A stretch of 64,000 nucleotides of DNA from Bacteroidales bacterium (GTDB lineage: Bacteria > Bacteroidota > Bacteroidia > Bacteroidales > Bacteroidaceae), in assembly GCA_022773145.1 (NCBI GenBank), contig JALEYW010000061.1, positions 1,501 through 65,500 on the forward strand, given 5' to 3'. Under the pieces are notes generated by a model. It did not search any database. It had not been told where the DNA came from and was given only the letters and a program-made list of their open reading frames with translations. Shown here piece by piece: positions 19,786 through 30,890 of this stretch. The number at the start of each line of letters is the position of its first letter. The first letter of the stretch is position 1. The position numbers and the translations under genes are program-made.

Positions 19786-20847
19786 ATGAAACTGAAAATA
19801 GCTGTTCTCGCCGGCGACGGCATAGGTCCTGAAATCTCCGAACAAGGCGTGGCCGTGATGGAAGCAGTGTGCCGCAAGTTCGGCCACGAGGTGAGCTTCA
19901 CGCCTGCCCTCTGCGGTGCTGCGGCCATCGACGCCGTGGGCGACCCCTTCCCCGAAGAAACGTTCCGGATTTGCCAAGAGGCCGACGCTGTGCTCTTCTC
20001 AGCCGTTGGCGACCCGAAGTTCGACAACGACCCCACGGCGAAGGTACGCCCCGAGCAGGGCTTGCTGGCCATGCGCAAAAAACTGGGACTCTTTGCCAAC
20101 ATCCGACCCGTGGAGACCTTCGACTGCCTCATCCACAAATCGCCGTTGCGCGAAGACCTGGTGAAGGGCGCGGACTTTGTTTGCATACGTGAACTGACGG
20201 GCGGTATGTACTTCGGCCAGAAGCAGGAAGGCACGGACTATGCCTTCGACACAAATGCTTACTCACGTGAGGAGGTGGAACGCATTCTCCACGTGGCTTA
20301 CCAATATGCACGCCGCCGTCGCAAGCATCTCACAGTGGTGGACAAAGCCAACGTGCTTGCTTCGTCGCGACTTTGGCGCAAGGTGGCGCAGGAAGTGGAG
20401 AAGCAGTACCCGGACGTACAGACCGATTACATGTATGTGGACAACGCTGCCATGCGCATGATTCAAGAACCGCGCTTCTTTGACGTGATGGTAACAGAAA
20501 ACACCTTCGGCGACATCCTGACCGATGAAGGCTCGTGCATCACGGGCTCCATGGGACTCCTGCCCTCGGCCTCAACGGGCGAGAGCACACCGGTGTTTGA
20601 ACCAATCCACGGCTCTTGGCCGCAGGCAAAGGGGCAGAACATTGCCAACCCCTTGGCGCAAATTCTCTCGGTGGCCATGCTCTTTGAATATTTCGACCTC
20701 ATGGAGGAAGGCAAGCTCATCCGTAAGGTGGTGCAGGAAAGTCTCGACGAGAATGTGCGCACACCGGAAATCCAAGTGGAAGGCGGCGCTAAGTACGGCA
20801 CAAAGGAAGTGGGTGCATGGATTGTAAACCGGATTAACGAAGCCTGA
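19786..20847 (+). CDS. leuB: 3-isopropylmalate dehydrogenase
   Basis: [32 protein letters not shown] and EPIHGS motifs. Confidence 0.97.
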   Translation: MKLKIAVLAGDGIGPEISEQGVAVMEAVCRKFGHEVSFTPALCGAAAIDAVGDPFPEETFRICQEADAVLFSAVGDPKFDNDPTAKVRPEQGLLAMRKKLGLFANIRPVETFDCLIHKSPLREDLVKGADFVCIRELTGGMYFGQKQEGTDYAFDTNAYSREEVERILHVAYQYARRRRKHLTVVDKANVLASSRLWRKVAQEVEKQYPDVQTDYMYVDNAAMRMIQEPRFFDVMVTENTFGDILTDEGSCITGSMGLLPSASTGESTPVFEPIHGSWPQAKGQNIANPLAQILSVAMLFEYFDLMEEGKLIRKVVQESLDENVRTPEIQVEGGAKYGTKEVGAWIVNRINEA

Positions 20848-20863
20848 ACGGCAACAGCGCACT

Positions 20864-21148
20864 ATGGCTGATTTTCCCAAATGGCTGTTGGCCTTGGCGG
20901 GCGTGAGCCTGCTCCCCACCCTGCTCTCACCATTCTTCCTGTTTGGAGCAATGCCTTTTGGCACGGGGAGCAGCCGTTTCACGCAGTTCCTGCTCTATCT
21001 GGCCACGCAACTGTTGTGGCTCTTACCCTTGCTGCTCTTTTTCTGCTCGCTCGACCGCTACCGCCGGGGCTATGAGCGCATCGGCATTGGTCTGGCCATC
21101 GCCGGAGCCTGCATTTCCCTCCTCGGCCTGCTGCTCATTGTGGGCTGA
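20864..21148 (+). CDS. Small 3-TM membrane protein
   Basis: 94 aa with three hydrophobic segments, starting 16 bp after leuB. Confidence 0.7.
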   Translation: MADFPKWLLALAGVSLLPTLLSPFFLFGAMPFGTGSSRFTQFLLYLATQLLWLLPLLLFFCSLDRYRRGYERIGIGLAIAGACISLLGLLLIVG

Positions 21149-21174
21149 AAGCCGGTGGACGCATTGACACAAAT

Positions 21175-21251
21175 AAAGTGGGATTTTCCATTGACGACCC
21201 AACCTTTGCTTTTGGCAAGGGCTGGGTTCAGACAATGGAAAATCCCACTTT
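21175..21251. terminator. Long hairpin ending the leu operon
   Basis: aaagtgggattttccattg...caatggaaaatcccacttt 19-bp perfect stem with an inner stem, then T-rich tail. Confidence 0.7.
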
Positions 21252-21289
21252 TTCAACTTCTAGAAATAAGGAAAGTTGAAGGTTATAAG

Positions 21290-21688
21290 GTAACCATCCG
21301 AAAAACGCCGTCACAAATCAAAAAAATCTCGCGGATCAGTCATCCGCGAGATTTTTTGTAGTAATAAGGAAGCATGTTCTTTATCCGGTCCGGCAGTGTG
21401 TCTTCATGGAGGGTGTTGAGTACCCAAGTAAGCCACTCCAAGGGGTTGATGCCTACGATATCGCAACTTTCGATGAGGGTGTAGAAGATGGTGTTGTCAA
21501 CGGCCCCGTTGTCGTTCTTGCTGAAGAGGTAGTTTGTCCGCCCCATTACCGATGGTCTCTGATTGCGTTCCACAGGATTGTTGTCAATGTCACAAGCCGA
21601 TTATTCTCATTCAAGTTGAACTTCATTTTTTGCGCAAAGATCAGCATACAGCCGATTCCTGGCAAGGCGGCTTTTTTCGGATGGTTTC
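21290..21688 (-). mobile_element. Internally deleted IS66-family element (399 bp)
   Basis: TIRs gtaaccatccgaaaaa / tttttcggatggtttc; contains TnpC C-terminus IDNNPVERNQR...NYLFS...YTLIESC...INPLEWL. Confidence 0.85.
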
Positions 21689-21748
21689 AGAACCTATAAG
21701 TGCATACTCAAAGAGGGAAGGTAAATACGTGTTTTCTTACATCCGGAC

Positions 21749-23407
21749 TTAGTCGGCGTTCACCTCGCGGCGTATGGCGTTGACCAATGTGGCAGCGGTT
21801 TCGCCTTCGGGATATTCCTCCGGCTCACAGCGTTGGAGGAGGCGGTTCAACTGTTCCAACAAAGCGGGAGCGGCGGAGGCATACTCTTGACGCACGAGGC
21901 GCACTTTCTCGGCCAAGGCCACGCCCTCGATGAAGCGTTCGTAGCGCACGGAAGATTGCGGACCGGGATAAACCAGATATGTGTCGCCCGGCGCGAACAG
22001 ACGATAACGGCTGTCGGTGAGCGACTTGTCGTCCCAGTTCATCCACGACCAGTGCAGGTAGCCCTCAAAATGATTGGCAATGCAGTACAGCGGCAAGAAG
22101 GCTGCCTCAGCCGGCAGACTGTTGCTGAAGAGATTGGGATGGGTGTTGCTGCAACAGGTATAGGTGGTGGAAACGCGGCCCTGCTTTTGGCGTGCGGCAA
22201 GTTCCTCCGCACTGAAGTCCTGACCGAAAGCGATGCAGTAGTCGTGTAACTTGTCCACCAGTTCGGCGTGGTAGTTTCCCGCCAGGGCCATTTTCATTCC
22301 GGGCACCGCCTCCTGTGCCACGCGGTAAGCGTCAAGCATATTGGCCAGGCCGCGTTCGTCCATGGCGATACAGGTTTTATCGAACCACCCTTTTTGCTGG
22401 AGATGTGCGGCAAAGTCTTTGAGGAAGGCAGTCCAGAGTTCCTTGTATTCGGCTGAGGAAGTAGTGGTTTTCAGGTCCACCTCGCGTGCCAGCTTCTCGT
22501 CGTAATAACGGAAACTCATGTCCCACGGCACCATGGAGTAACAGCTGATTTGTTTGGAAATGCCGCAGTCCATGCAGAGCTGCACGTAGCGGTCGAAAAC
22601 GGTGTAGTCATAGCTCCACGAACCGTCGGCCTTCTTCACCGTGCGCACCATGGGGTCGAACTTGTCGTAGCTCTGGTCGCCCCAAGGCTCATAGAAGAGG
22701 ATGGTGGAGATTACTTTTTGTCCCGAACGGGCCAGGAGTTGCAAATAAGGTTTCAGTGCCTCAAAGTGGGCATCGCTCCACCGCTCCACCCCACAGTGGC
22801 GCGCCACGGCGTAAGGCTGTTGCCAGAAGTCTACGTGGAAAGCCTGTTCCTGCGGCGTTGGCAGTGTGCGGTTCAGTACTTTGAGCGACAGATTGAGTTT
22901 GCCCACCACGCACTGTGCGGCGGGATCGAGCAGTTCGAGCCTCAACTTGTACACGCCGGGCTTCGCGCTTCGGGGTACTTCAAAGGTACACCACACGGGC
23001 TGCGTCTGCCGCGCTCCGATGCTATGCGTATTAGCGTTGGAAAGCAAGTCGGGCACCTGATACGGCGTGAGGTGCGTGGGGTGGTAGCCGCAATACTGGA
23101 AGTTATCCGTCGTGACGTAGTCCACGAAATGCGCCGAACCCTGTGCGGCAGGCACTTTGTTGCCACCGTTTTTCCACTCCGTGAGGCGTAGCTGCAAGGA
23201 GCCTGTGGTTTCAGGGGCATAGATTAGTGCCTGCATGGAGGCCCGCTCGCCGCGCCAGGCAATAAGCATGGTGTCGGCGGTGAGTGCAGTTGGTTCCGGT
23301 GCGTGTTGCGACACGTGGATGTCGGTCGAAATCCACGACATCCGGGTCTGTGCCGACAATGCTACCGGCAAGCACAGGGCGGCTAGGAGCGATAAGATAG
23401 GTTTCAT
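21749..23407 (-). CDS. Glycoside hydrolase family 123-like (DUF4091) protein
   Basis: Signal peptide; AWRGER, DFWQQPYAVAR, AMDER, GYLHWSW and PGDTYLVYPG...SSVRYE motifs. Confidence 0.8.
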   Translation of the reverse strand: MKPILSLLAALCLPVALSAQTRMSWISTDIHVSQHAPEPTALTADTMLIAWRGERASMQALIYAPETTGSLQLRLTEWKNGGNKVPAAQGSAHFVDYVTTDNFQYCGYHPTHLTPYQVPDLLSNANTHSIGARQTQPVWCTFEVPRSAKPGVYKLRLELLDPAAQCVVGKLNLSLKVLNRTLPTPQEQAFHVDFWQQPYAVARHCGVERWSDAHFEALKPYLQLLARSGQKVISTILFYEPWGDQSYDKFDPMVRTVKKADGSWSYDYTVFDRYVQLCMDCGISKQISCYSMVPWDMSFRYYDEKLAREVDLKTTTSSAEYKELWTAFLKDFAAHLQQKGWFDKTCIAMDERGLANMLDAYRVAQEAVPGMKMALAGNYHAELVDKLHDYCIAFGQDFSAEELAARQKQGRVSTTYTCCSNTHPNLFSNSLPAEAAFLPLYCIANHFEGYLHWSWMNWDDKSLTDSRYRLFAPGDTYLVYPGPQSSVRYERFIEGVALAEKVRLVRQEYASAAPALLEQLNRLLQRCEPEEYPEGETAATLVNAIRREVNAD

Positions 23408-23459
23408 AGTAAAAAGTTGGTTGCTATAATTTAATGTGTAGCCCGGCTTCGCCAATGAA

Positions 23460-24818
23460 CTACGCTTTGGAAAAGTTTTGGTGGAAGCCCACTACGGCGT
23501 GAATGCCTTTGCGGAGCATATCGAGGGGGAAGTTCTCGTTGGGCGAGTGGATGGCGTTGCTCTCCAATCCGAAGCCCATGAGGATGGTCTTCACGCCCAG
23601 CACGCGCTCGAAGTCGCTGATGATGGGGATGCTGCCACCCCGGCGCACCGCCAAGGGGCGTTTGCCGAAAGCTTCCGCAAATCCGGCCTCGGCAGCCTGA
23701 TAAGCCGGCAGGTTGATGGGGCACACGTAGCCTTCGCCGCCGTGCATGGGGCGCACTTCCACCTTTACGCAACGTGGGGCGATGCTCTGGATATAGTCAA
23801 TGAACAGTCGCGAGATGACTTCATGCTGCTGATGGGGCACCAAGCGGCACGACACCTTGGCGAATGCCTTGGAGGGCAGCACGGTTTTGGAGCCTTGGCC
23901 GGTATGTCCACCCCAAATGCCGCAGATGTCGAACGAGGGACGGCAAGCATTGCGTTCGATGGTGGAATAGCCGGCCTCGCCGCGCAGCTCGTCCACACCG
24001 ATGGCCTGCTTGTAGCGTTCCTCATCAAAGGGTATGGAGGCTATCATGGCGCGCTCTTCGGCCGGAAGCTCCTCCACATCGTCGTAGAAATGGGGGATGG
24101 TGATGCGTCCCTGCCCGTCGACCACCTTGGCCAGCATCTCGCACAGCACGTTGACAGGATTGGCCACAGCTCCGCCGAAGTGGCCGGAGTGGAGGTCGCG
24201 GTTGGGGCCTGTAACCTCTATTTCCCAGTAGGCCAGTCCGCGCAGCCCCGTGGTCAAGGAGGGCAGGTCGGCTGCCAGCATGGAGGTGTCGCTCACCAAG
24301 ATGATGTCGCTACGGAGCAGTTCACGGTGTTGTTCCAAGAAGGCGTTGAGCGAGGGAGAGCCGATTTCCTCTTCCCCTTCCAGGATGAACTTCACGTTGT
24401 GGCGCAGCAGGCCGTGCGCCACCAAGTATTCAAAGGCTTTGAGCTGCACGAAGCTCTGTCCTTTGTCGTCGTCGGCACCGCGTGCATAGATGCGTCCGTC
24501 GCGCACTTCGGGTTCAAAAGGCTGAGAGTTCCACTTGTCGAGCGGTGCCACGGGCATCACGTCGTAGTGGCCGTAGACCAGCACGGTGGGTGCGGCATCG
24601 TCTACTTTCTTTTCGGCAAAGACCAGCGGATTGCCCTGCGAAGGCATTACTTCTGCGTGGTCTGCACCGGCTGCTAACAACAGTTCGCGCCACCGTTCGG
24701 CACAGCGCAGGCAGTCGGCGTGGTGTTCAGGCTCCGCGCTGATACTCGGGATGCGGAGCAGGGAAAAAAGCTCTTCGAGGAAACGCTCCTCATTGTTTTG
24801 GAGAAATCGGGAAAGCAT
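23460..24818 (-). CDS. M20 family dipeptidase
   Basis: YGHYDV, RGADDDKG, EGEEEIGS and IHSPNE motifs. Confidence 0.93.
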   Translation of the reverse strand: MLSRFLQNNEERFLEELFSLLRIPSISAEPEHHADCLRCAERWRELLLAAGADHAEVMPSQGNPLVFAEKKVDDAAPTVLVYGHYDVMPVAPLDKWNSQPFEPEVRDGRIYARGADDDKGQSFVQLKAFEYLVAHGLLRHNVKFILEGEEEIGSPSLNAFLEQHRELLRSDIILVSDTSMLAADLPSLTTGLRGLAYWEIEVTGPNRDLHSGHFGGAVANPVNVLCEMLAKVVDGQGRITIPHFYDDVEELPAEERAMIASIPFDEERYKQAIGVDELRGEAGYSTIERNACRPSFDICGIWGGHTGQGSKTVLPSKAFAKVSCRLVPHQQHEVISRLFIDYIQSIAPRCVKVEVRPMHGGEGYVCPINLPAYQAAEAGFAEAFGKRPLAVRRGGSIPIISDFERVLGVKTILMGFGLESNAIHSPNENFPLDMLRKGIHAVVGFHQNFSKA

Positions 24819-24897
24819 GGGATTAGAATTTTGAAAGGCTAAAGGAAACTATGAGATACTATAGCAATCTATCGAAACTATAGAAAACTATCGCTAT

Positions 24898-25305
24898 CTA
24901 TCGAAAGCTATAAACTATCCGCAGCACATTGTCCGAAACCTGCGCTCCGCCCACCAGCACCGTATAGCGAACTTCAAACGTGCCGCCTTGCGGAGTGGGC
25001 TCGAAGCTGAAGGAATGGGTAAAGATGCTGAGGTCCAACGTGCCAACAGAAGTGGCATAGAAACACGGTTGCAATTTGCCTTCGATAAAGGTCAAGCGGG
25101 AACGCGTGTTGCCCTGCCGTTTTAGGTCGGCCAGTCCGTCCGTAATCAGCAGGTGCGCCGTGCCGTCGTTGTCCGGCTCAGCGTAGCGCAACATCACGTC
25201 GTTGCCCTCGGTGATACAAGCGCCGTAGCATTCCGAACGGATTTCGTCTGCGCCGTTCTCGCCCGTTGTCAGTAAGCAGGTTTTGAGAAAAACTTTATGT
25301 AACAT
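24898..25305 (-). CDS. DUF1934 (YwiB-like) beta-barrel protein
   Basis: 135 aa all-beta pattern (LRYAE...LKRQG...FIEG...YATSVG). Confidence 0.7.
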   Translation of the reverse strand: MLHKVFLKTCLLTTGENGADEIRSECYGACITEGNDVMLRYAEPDNDGTAHLLITDGLADLKRQGNTRSRLTFIEGKLQPCFYATSVGTLDLSIFTHSFSFEPTPQGGTFEVRYTVLVGGAQVSDNVLRIVYSFR

Positions 25306-25312
25306 GATGGTT

Positions 25313-27223
25313 TTAATTCCGGGTAATGATAATTTTCTCTGTCCGCAGCCCCACCCTTTTCAGGTACACGCCGGGGGCAAGGGGACGACGGATGCGCCGG
25401 CCTTCCAACGTATACCACGCTTCGGGCAAAGCCTCATCGGGCAGCCGGGCATCGTCAATGCCTTCGGGCACGGGCATCGTGAAGTCGAGGGTTTGCACGA
25501 TGGGCCAGCGGCGGCGCACCCTCAGCTTGTAGTGGCGGCCGGGAACGAGCGAAGTGAATTGCACCGTATCGGTCACGGTGGCAGCCGGCTCCAGGTAAAT
25601 CCAATGTTGCTTGATGCAACTGTCGCAGGAGGCCACGTCAAGCAGGTCATACTCAAAGCTCTGTGCGGCGCGGTCCGTGGCCGAAGGATTGGACAAAGGT
25701 ATCAGCAGGCGTGCCGTGCCTGTGGCGGGAAATTCCACCTGCGGCTCGCCGGTTTCAATCGCCGCTGTTCCTCCCTGGGCAATGTCAAGCTGCAGACTGT
25801 CGAGCGTCAGCACGCCGTCGGGGGTGATGTAAAGCCACAGCCGTCCGCTCCGTTTGAACTGCAGGTGAACGCTCAGCGTGTCGCGTTCGCCGGCTTCGAG
25901 CGTACGCCCTGTGAAGGCCAGCCAGTCGCCTTGTTCATAGCGTGCCGTATCGGTTTCTGACCCCAGCACCAGGGCAAACGGCGTGGTGAGGGCCTGATCG
26001 CTTTCGTTGCGCACGTCAAGCATCAGCTGCGTATGGCAACCTGTCACCGGCTCCTGCACGGTCCATGCGCCGAGCACGCGTATTTCGCGCCCCGTGCGCT
26101 CCAGCGTGTCGGGCGGACAGATGCCGGGCACGGAATCGGGACATACGGCAATGGCCTCCTGGTTGCAGAAAAAGCCATTCTCCACAAACTCATCCCAACG
26201 CTCGTCCTCGGGCTGGAAATGTGCCAGCACGTCCAAGCGGAAATAACCGTCGAAGTCGCCGCCATAGCCCCAGTTTACATGGAACATTCCCTTGTCGTCC
26301 AATCCGTCCAGCACAAAGGCATGTCCCCCGGTGCGCATCAGCGACCCGGCATAGTACACCGGCCGCCCCTGCATAATTTCTGCTGCAATATAGTTCCAAT
26401 AGGCCGCCGGGGCATATTGATAACTATCGAGGTAATGCACATACTTCAAGCCGAACGCCCTTTGCAGCGGTTCTACTAACCGCACAGTAGACGCACCGCT
26501 CTCGCCCACTCCCCAGTTCATCCGGCAGGCCACGCCCAACCAGTATGACAGTCGCGCCACGGCATCTATTTCCTCCGCCGTAGCCGGAACGTTGTCATAA
26601 TCGTCCAGCACCAAACGAGTATCGACCCTTTCGCCGGGCAACACGTCGGGGATGTCGTAATGCTCGCTGCTCCAGCCGTGCAGGGTATCTTGCAGCACAT
26701 ACTCGCGGCGGTAGTAGGTCAGTATCTGCTCCATTGCCGTAGCCACGCAGCCCACCACGCAGCGCGTAGTGCTGAGTGTGCCGTCGGAGTGGAGGTAATA
26801 GGGACAAGCGTTGTTGTAGGGTGCTTTCTGATGACGCACAGTGGTCAGCAACGGTTGCACGGCCTTCCAACTGCTGCCCGGCGGCGGATAGACCGCACGG
26901 CCTGCGGCAGAATGCCCAAGCATGGCTTCCAAGGGGAGCGGCAGGTTTTCGCTGTCCGCCACAGTTCCGTAGCCCAGCACCTCAGGTTCTGTTTCGGAAG
27001 AGGCTATCAGCACAAAACGGCTACCTTGGGCAAACAAAAAGGCGCGGGGTGTTTCGCGACACAGGCGCAGATGGCCTCGAAGGGTCGAAGTCGCGGTTGG
27101 CGCGTCATGTTGCACAAACCAAGCCTGTGCTTTGCTTCTTGCGTCAGCTTCGCTCACGGTCTGTGCCGAAGCGGTGGCAACTATGCAGCAGAGTACGCCT
27201 ATTATATATAGGATATGTTTCAT
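25313..27223 (-). CDS. C10 family (SpeB-like) cysteine peptidase with T9SS-like tail
   Basis: VGCVATAMEQI, GHAFVLDG and FHVNWGYGG motifs; WYTLEGRRI...PGVYL tail; start at MKHIL. Confidence 0.9.
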   Translation of the reverse strand: MKHILYIIGVLCCIVATASAQTVSEADARSKAQAWFVQHDAPTATSTLRGHLRLCRETPRAFLFAQGSRFVLIASSETEPEVLGYGTVADSENLPLPLEAMLGHSAAGRAVYPPPGSSWKAVQPLLTTVRHQKAPYNNACPYYLHSDGTLSTTRCVVGCVATAMEQILTYYRREYVLQDTLHGWSSEHYDIPDVLPGERVDTRLVLDDYDNVPATAEEIDAVARLSYWLGVACRMNWGVGESGASTVRLVEPLQRAFGLKYVHYLDSYQYAPAAYWNYIAAEIMQGRPVYYAGSLMRTGGHAFVLDGLDDKGMFHVNWGYGGDFDGYFRLDVLAHFQPEDERWDEFVENGFFCNQEAIAVCPDSVPGICPPDTLERTGREIRVLGAWTVQEPVTGCHTQLMLDVRNESDQALTTPFALVLGSETDTARYEQGDWLAFTGRTLEAGERDTLSVHLQFKRSGRLWLYITPDGVLTLDSLQLDIAQGGTAAIETGEPQVEFPATGTARLLIPLSNPSATDRAAQSFEYDLLDVASCDSCIKQHWIYLEPAATVTDTVQFTSLVPGRHYKLRVRRRWPIVQTLDFTMPVPEGIDDARLPDEALPEAWYTLEGRRIRRPLAPGVYLKRVGLRTEKIIITRN

Positions 27224-27576
27224 GGCAGTACAAAGAGATGCCGGCCAACAACAGTCGGTCCGGTGTTTGACGTGGACAAAGGTAGGGCAAATTCTTATCA
27301 AATCTGAAAAACTGCTGCAAAATCCCACGCTGCGCGGCAAAAGGCATGATGCAACGCCGTTCTTTTCATTTTCACAAAGGAGCCGGAAATCCATAGGCCG
27401 CCCAAAATGCTATGTACCACCGGCCGGTGTTCCTACAAAATGCAGCATCGGAAATCCGAAGGGGCAAGCCGAAGGCACAAATCGAGGAGCCGAACGTGCG
27501 AAAAGCCGGCAAAAGAATAGCGGATAAATGTTTTTTTATACTTTTGCAACATCTCAAACTAATAACCTGGCTATCC

Positions 27577-30500
27577 ATGAAACAAATCGCTTCTCTTACT
27601 TCTGGCTTGGCTCTCTGTGCCTGCATGGCCATGCCCCTGTCCATGCAAGCCCAATCGGACGAACTGCTTCCCAAACCACACGAACTGGTACATACGGACT
27701 GCGAGCCCTTCGCGCTGGGCCGTGCCGTGCAGCTGAACGACCCTACGGACTGCGCCTACTTGCGCCGCGTGCTGACCGGCTATGGCTGCACGCTGAGCGA
27801 AACGGCAGAGGCGCAGGTGACGGTGGAGCTGGTTTCAGAAATACCCGGGGCGTTCAACCACCAGGTGAACCTCTTCCCCGACGAGGCTTATAAACTGGTC
27901 ATCGCCACGGATGCCATACAAATCCAGGCCCTGACCCCCACGGGGGTCATCCGGGCGGCGCAGACGCTGCAACAGCTGGCCGAAGGCTACGAAGGAACGG
28001 CCCAGCTGGAAACGCTCTCCATCACGGACTGGCCGGCGTTCAAGGTGCGCGGCTTCATGCACGACGTGGGCCGCTCGTTCCTGAGCATAGAGGAACTGAA
28101 AAACGAAATTGACAAACTGGCACGCTTCAAGGTGAACGTGTTCCACTGGCACCTGACGGAGAAACTGGCCTGGCGTTTCGAGGTGAAGGCATATCCGCAA
28201 CTGACGGCGGACGAGAACATGATCCGCTACCCGGGACAATACTACACGCAGGACCAGTGCCGCGAGTTGGAGGCTTACGCTGCCGAACGGGGCGTTACGG
28301 TCATCCCGGAAATCGACATGCCGGGCCACAGCGATGTGTTCACCAAGGCCATGGGCTTCAATATGCAGACGGATCAGGGCGTGGAGGCATTGAAGCAAAT
28401 CTTGGACGAGGTGGTAGAGGTGTTCCCCAACGCGCCCTACATCCACATCGGCGGCGACGAGGTGACCATCACTTATCCCGACTTCCTGAAGACGATGGCG
28501 GACTATGTGCGCGGCAAGGGAAAGAAAGTGGTGATGTGGAACCGCTTGGTGGCGGGAGCTCCCACTGCCGAACAGTGTGACATGACGCAAATGTGGGCCA
28601 CGGCGGGCAGAGTGGTGACGGGCTTGCCCAACATTGACTGCCGCTATAACTACACGAACCACTTCGACGTGTACGCTGACTTGGTGGGCATCTACAAGAG
28701 CAACATCTACTACGAACAGCAGGGCACTGCCGACGTGGCGGGCACCATCAGCGCGGCGTGGAACGACACGAAGACGGCCTCGGAGGAGGACATCGTGCGG
28801 CAGAACAACATCTACGCGAACATCCTGGCCTCGGCAGAACGCGCCTGGTACGGAGGCGGAAAGCAGTATGTCGAAGTAGGCGGCACCACGCTGCCCAATG
28901 CGGGCGAGGAGTTTGAGGAGTTTGCCGACTTTGAACGCCGCTTCCTTTTCCACAAGGCACACTCGCTGCAAAACGAACCGATTGCCTATGTGAAGCAGAC
29001 GAACGTGCGCTGGCGCATCACGGAACCGTTCCCGAACAACGGCGACAAGGCACTGGCTCTGCCGCCCGAAACGTGTACCGACGCGGTGTTGCCCCATTTC
29101 TTTGAATATGGCGGCAAGACTTACGGCACGCAGGCGGCCACGGGAGCGGGCATCTACCTGAGGCATATATGGCACCCCACCGTGCCCTCCTTCTTTGCCA
29201 ACCCCGGCGCGAACCAGACGGCGTATGCCTGGACGTATGTGTACTCTCCCAAAGAGCAACAGGCCGGGGCGCAGATTGAATTTTACACGTACAGCCGCTC
29301 GGGCAACGAAACGGCACCTCCCGCAGGGGCATGGGACCGCAGGGGCTCCAAAATTTGGCTGAACGATGTGGAGATTGCCGCTCCGGAATGGCAACAGCCG
29401 GATGCTTCCATTCCGCAGGACAATGCGGAAAAGGGATTGACGAACGAGAACCTGACGGCACGCCCCGTGGTGCAGCTGACGCTGAAGGAGGGATGGAACA
29501 AGGTGCTACTGCGACTGCCGCACGTGAACAACGGGGGCACGGGCCGCGACAAATGGCAGTTTACTTTCGTGCTGACCGACACGGAGGGCAAGAACGCGCT
29601 CGAAGGCATCACCTATTCGCCCAACCGCACGCTGGACACGGCCGCCGAGAAGGTGGCGGACGCGCTGGACGAACTGGACACGTACGTACTCAACCACTGC
29701 AAGGATGCGGTGGGCTACTACCCTGCCGCCATCGCCACAGAGGCTTGTGCCACGGCTGAGGAGGTGCGGGCCACACTGGAGGAGGACCTGCCGGAAACGG
29801 TGCGCCGCGAACAGGCTGCCCGGCTGACGGACGCACTGGAGCAGCTGAAGACGGCGGTGGCCGCTGCGGAAGTGAACCAGCCGGAAACGGGCACGGCAGA
29901 GGCTCCCGTATGGTACACTTTCAACACGCCTTACCGCAACAGTCTGTACCCTACTTCCAAAGGAGAAAACCAGGCATTGATTGGTGAGCAGGCGGCCGGC
30001 CGCTCGGCCACGTGGCGTTTTGAAGCGCGCAACGACGGCTCGTTCAACATCGTGAACGCGGCGGACAACCTGTACATCTCGCCGGCTGCGGCCAACAATA
30101 CGGCACTGACCACCGTGGCCACCGAACCGGAAGCGGGATGGACGGTGAAGAAAGCGGACGAAACGGGATTTGTCATCATCACCTGCGGCTCGGTGCAGTT
30201 CAACCAGACGAACAGCGGCAACGGCTACAAGGTGTTCAACTGGGGCGGCGGTACAAACACAACGGACACGGGTTGCAAATACTTTTTCCAAAAGGCAGAA
30301 CTGCCCACCACACCGAAACTCAGCTCTGACACGCATTATTATTGGTACCAATTCTGCACGCCGCTGCGCGGCAACCGTTACGCCACGTCGCAGGGTGTGG
30401 GTGAGACACTGACGGGCGAAACGACAGCAACGGAAACTTCGACGTGGAAGTTCGAGGACCGGGGTGACAACACGTTCAACATCGTGAACCGCAAGGACCA

Positions 30501-30873
30501 GTCGTATGTGTCGCCCATGGCTACATACAACACAGCCCTGACCACTACTGCCACGGAGCCTGAAGCTGGCTGGGAGTTCAAGGAGGCTGCCACAACGGGC
30601 TACTATATCATCGTGAGTGGTGATGTGCAGTTTAACCAAACAAATGCGGGACTGGGCTGGAAGGTGTACAACTGGGGCAGCGGCACCAACACGTCAGACA
30701 CCGGCTGCCAGTATGCCTTCACCTTGGTGGAGGAGGAAACGGTGCCCACGGGTATCGCTACAGCCGAAGCCGACGGAAAGGATGTGCCTTGCTACGACCT
30801 GAGTGGTCGCCGCGTGACGAAACCGACCAAGGGTGTTTACATCCTGAACGGTGAGAAAATCATCGGACACTAA
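27577..30873 (+). CDS. GH20 beta-N-acetylhexosaminidase, multidomain, T9SS-like tail
   Basis: RGFMHDVGRSF, PEIDMPGH and HIGGDE motifs; duplicated C-terminal domain; YDLSGRRV tail; TACTTTTG at 27539. Confidence 0.92.
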   Translation: MKQIASLTSGLALCACMAMPLSMQAQSDELLPKPHELVHTDCEPFALGRAVQLNDPTDCAYLRRVLTGYGCTLSETAEAQVTVELVSEIPGAFNHQVNLFPDEAYKLVIATDAIQIQALTPTGVIRAAQTLQQLAEGYEGTAQLETLSITDWPAFKVRGFMHDVGRSFLSIEELKNEIDKLARFKVNVFHWHLTEKLAWRFEVKAYPQLTADENMIRYPGQYYTQDQCRELEAYAAERGVTVIPEIDMPGHSDVFTKAMGFNMQTDQGVEALKQILDEVVEVFPNAPYIHIGGDEVTITYPDFLKTMADYVRGKGKKVVMWNRLVAGAPTAEQCDMTQMWATAGRVVTGLPNIDCRYNYTNHFDVYADLVGIYKSNIYYEQQGTADVAGTISAAWNDTKTASEEDIVRQNNIYANILASAERAWYGGGKQYVEVGGTTLPNAGEEFEEFADFERRFLFHKAHSLQNEPIAYVKQTNVRWRITEPFPNNGDKALALPPETCTDAVLPHFFEYGGKTYGTQAATGAGIYLRHIWHPTVPSFFANPGANQTAYAWTYVYSPKEQQAGAQIEFYTYSRSGNETAPPAGAWDRRGSKIWLNDVEIAAPEWQQPDASIPQDNAEKGLTNENLTARPVVQLTLKEGWNKVLLRLPHVNNGGTGRDKWQFTFVLTDTEGKNALEGITYSPNRTLDTAAEKVADALDELDTYVLNHCKDAVGYYPAAIATEACATAEEVRATLEEDLPETVRREQAARLTDALEQLKTAVAAAEVNQPETGTAEAPVWYTFNTPYRNSLYPTSKGENQALIGEQAAGRSATWRFEARNDGSFNIVNAADNLYISPAAANNTALTTVATEPEAGWTVKKADETGFVIITCGSVQFNQTNSGNGYKVFNWGGGTNTTDTGCKYFFQKAELPTTPKLSSDTHYYWYQFCTPLRGNRYATSQGVGETLTGETTATETSTWKFEDRGDNTFNIVNRKDQSYVSPMATYNTALTTTATEPEAGWEFKEAATTGYYIIVSGDVQFNQTNAGLGWKVYNWGSGTNTSDTGCQYAFTLVEEETVPTGIATAEADGKDVPCYDLSGRRVTKPTKGVYILNGEKIIGH

Positions 30874-30890
30874 ACATAATACAAATCATC

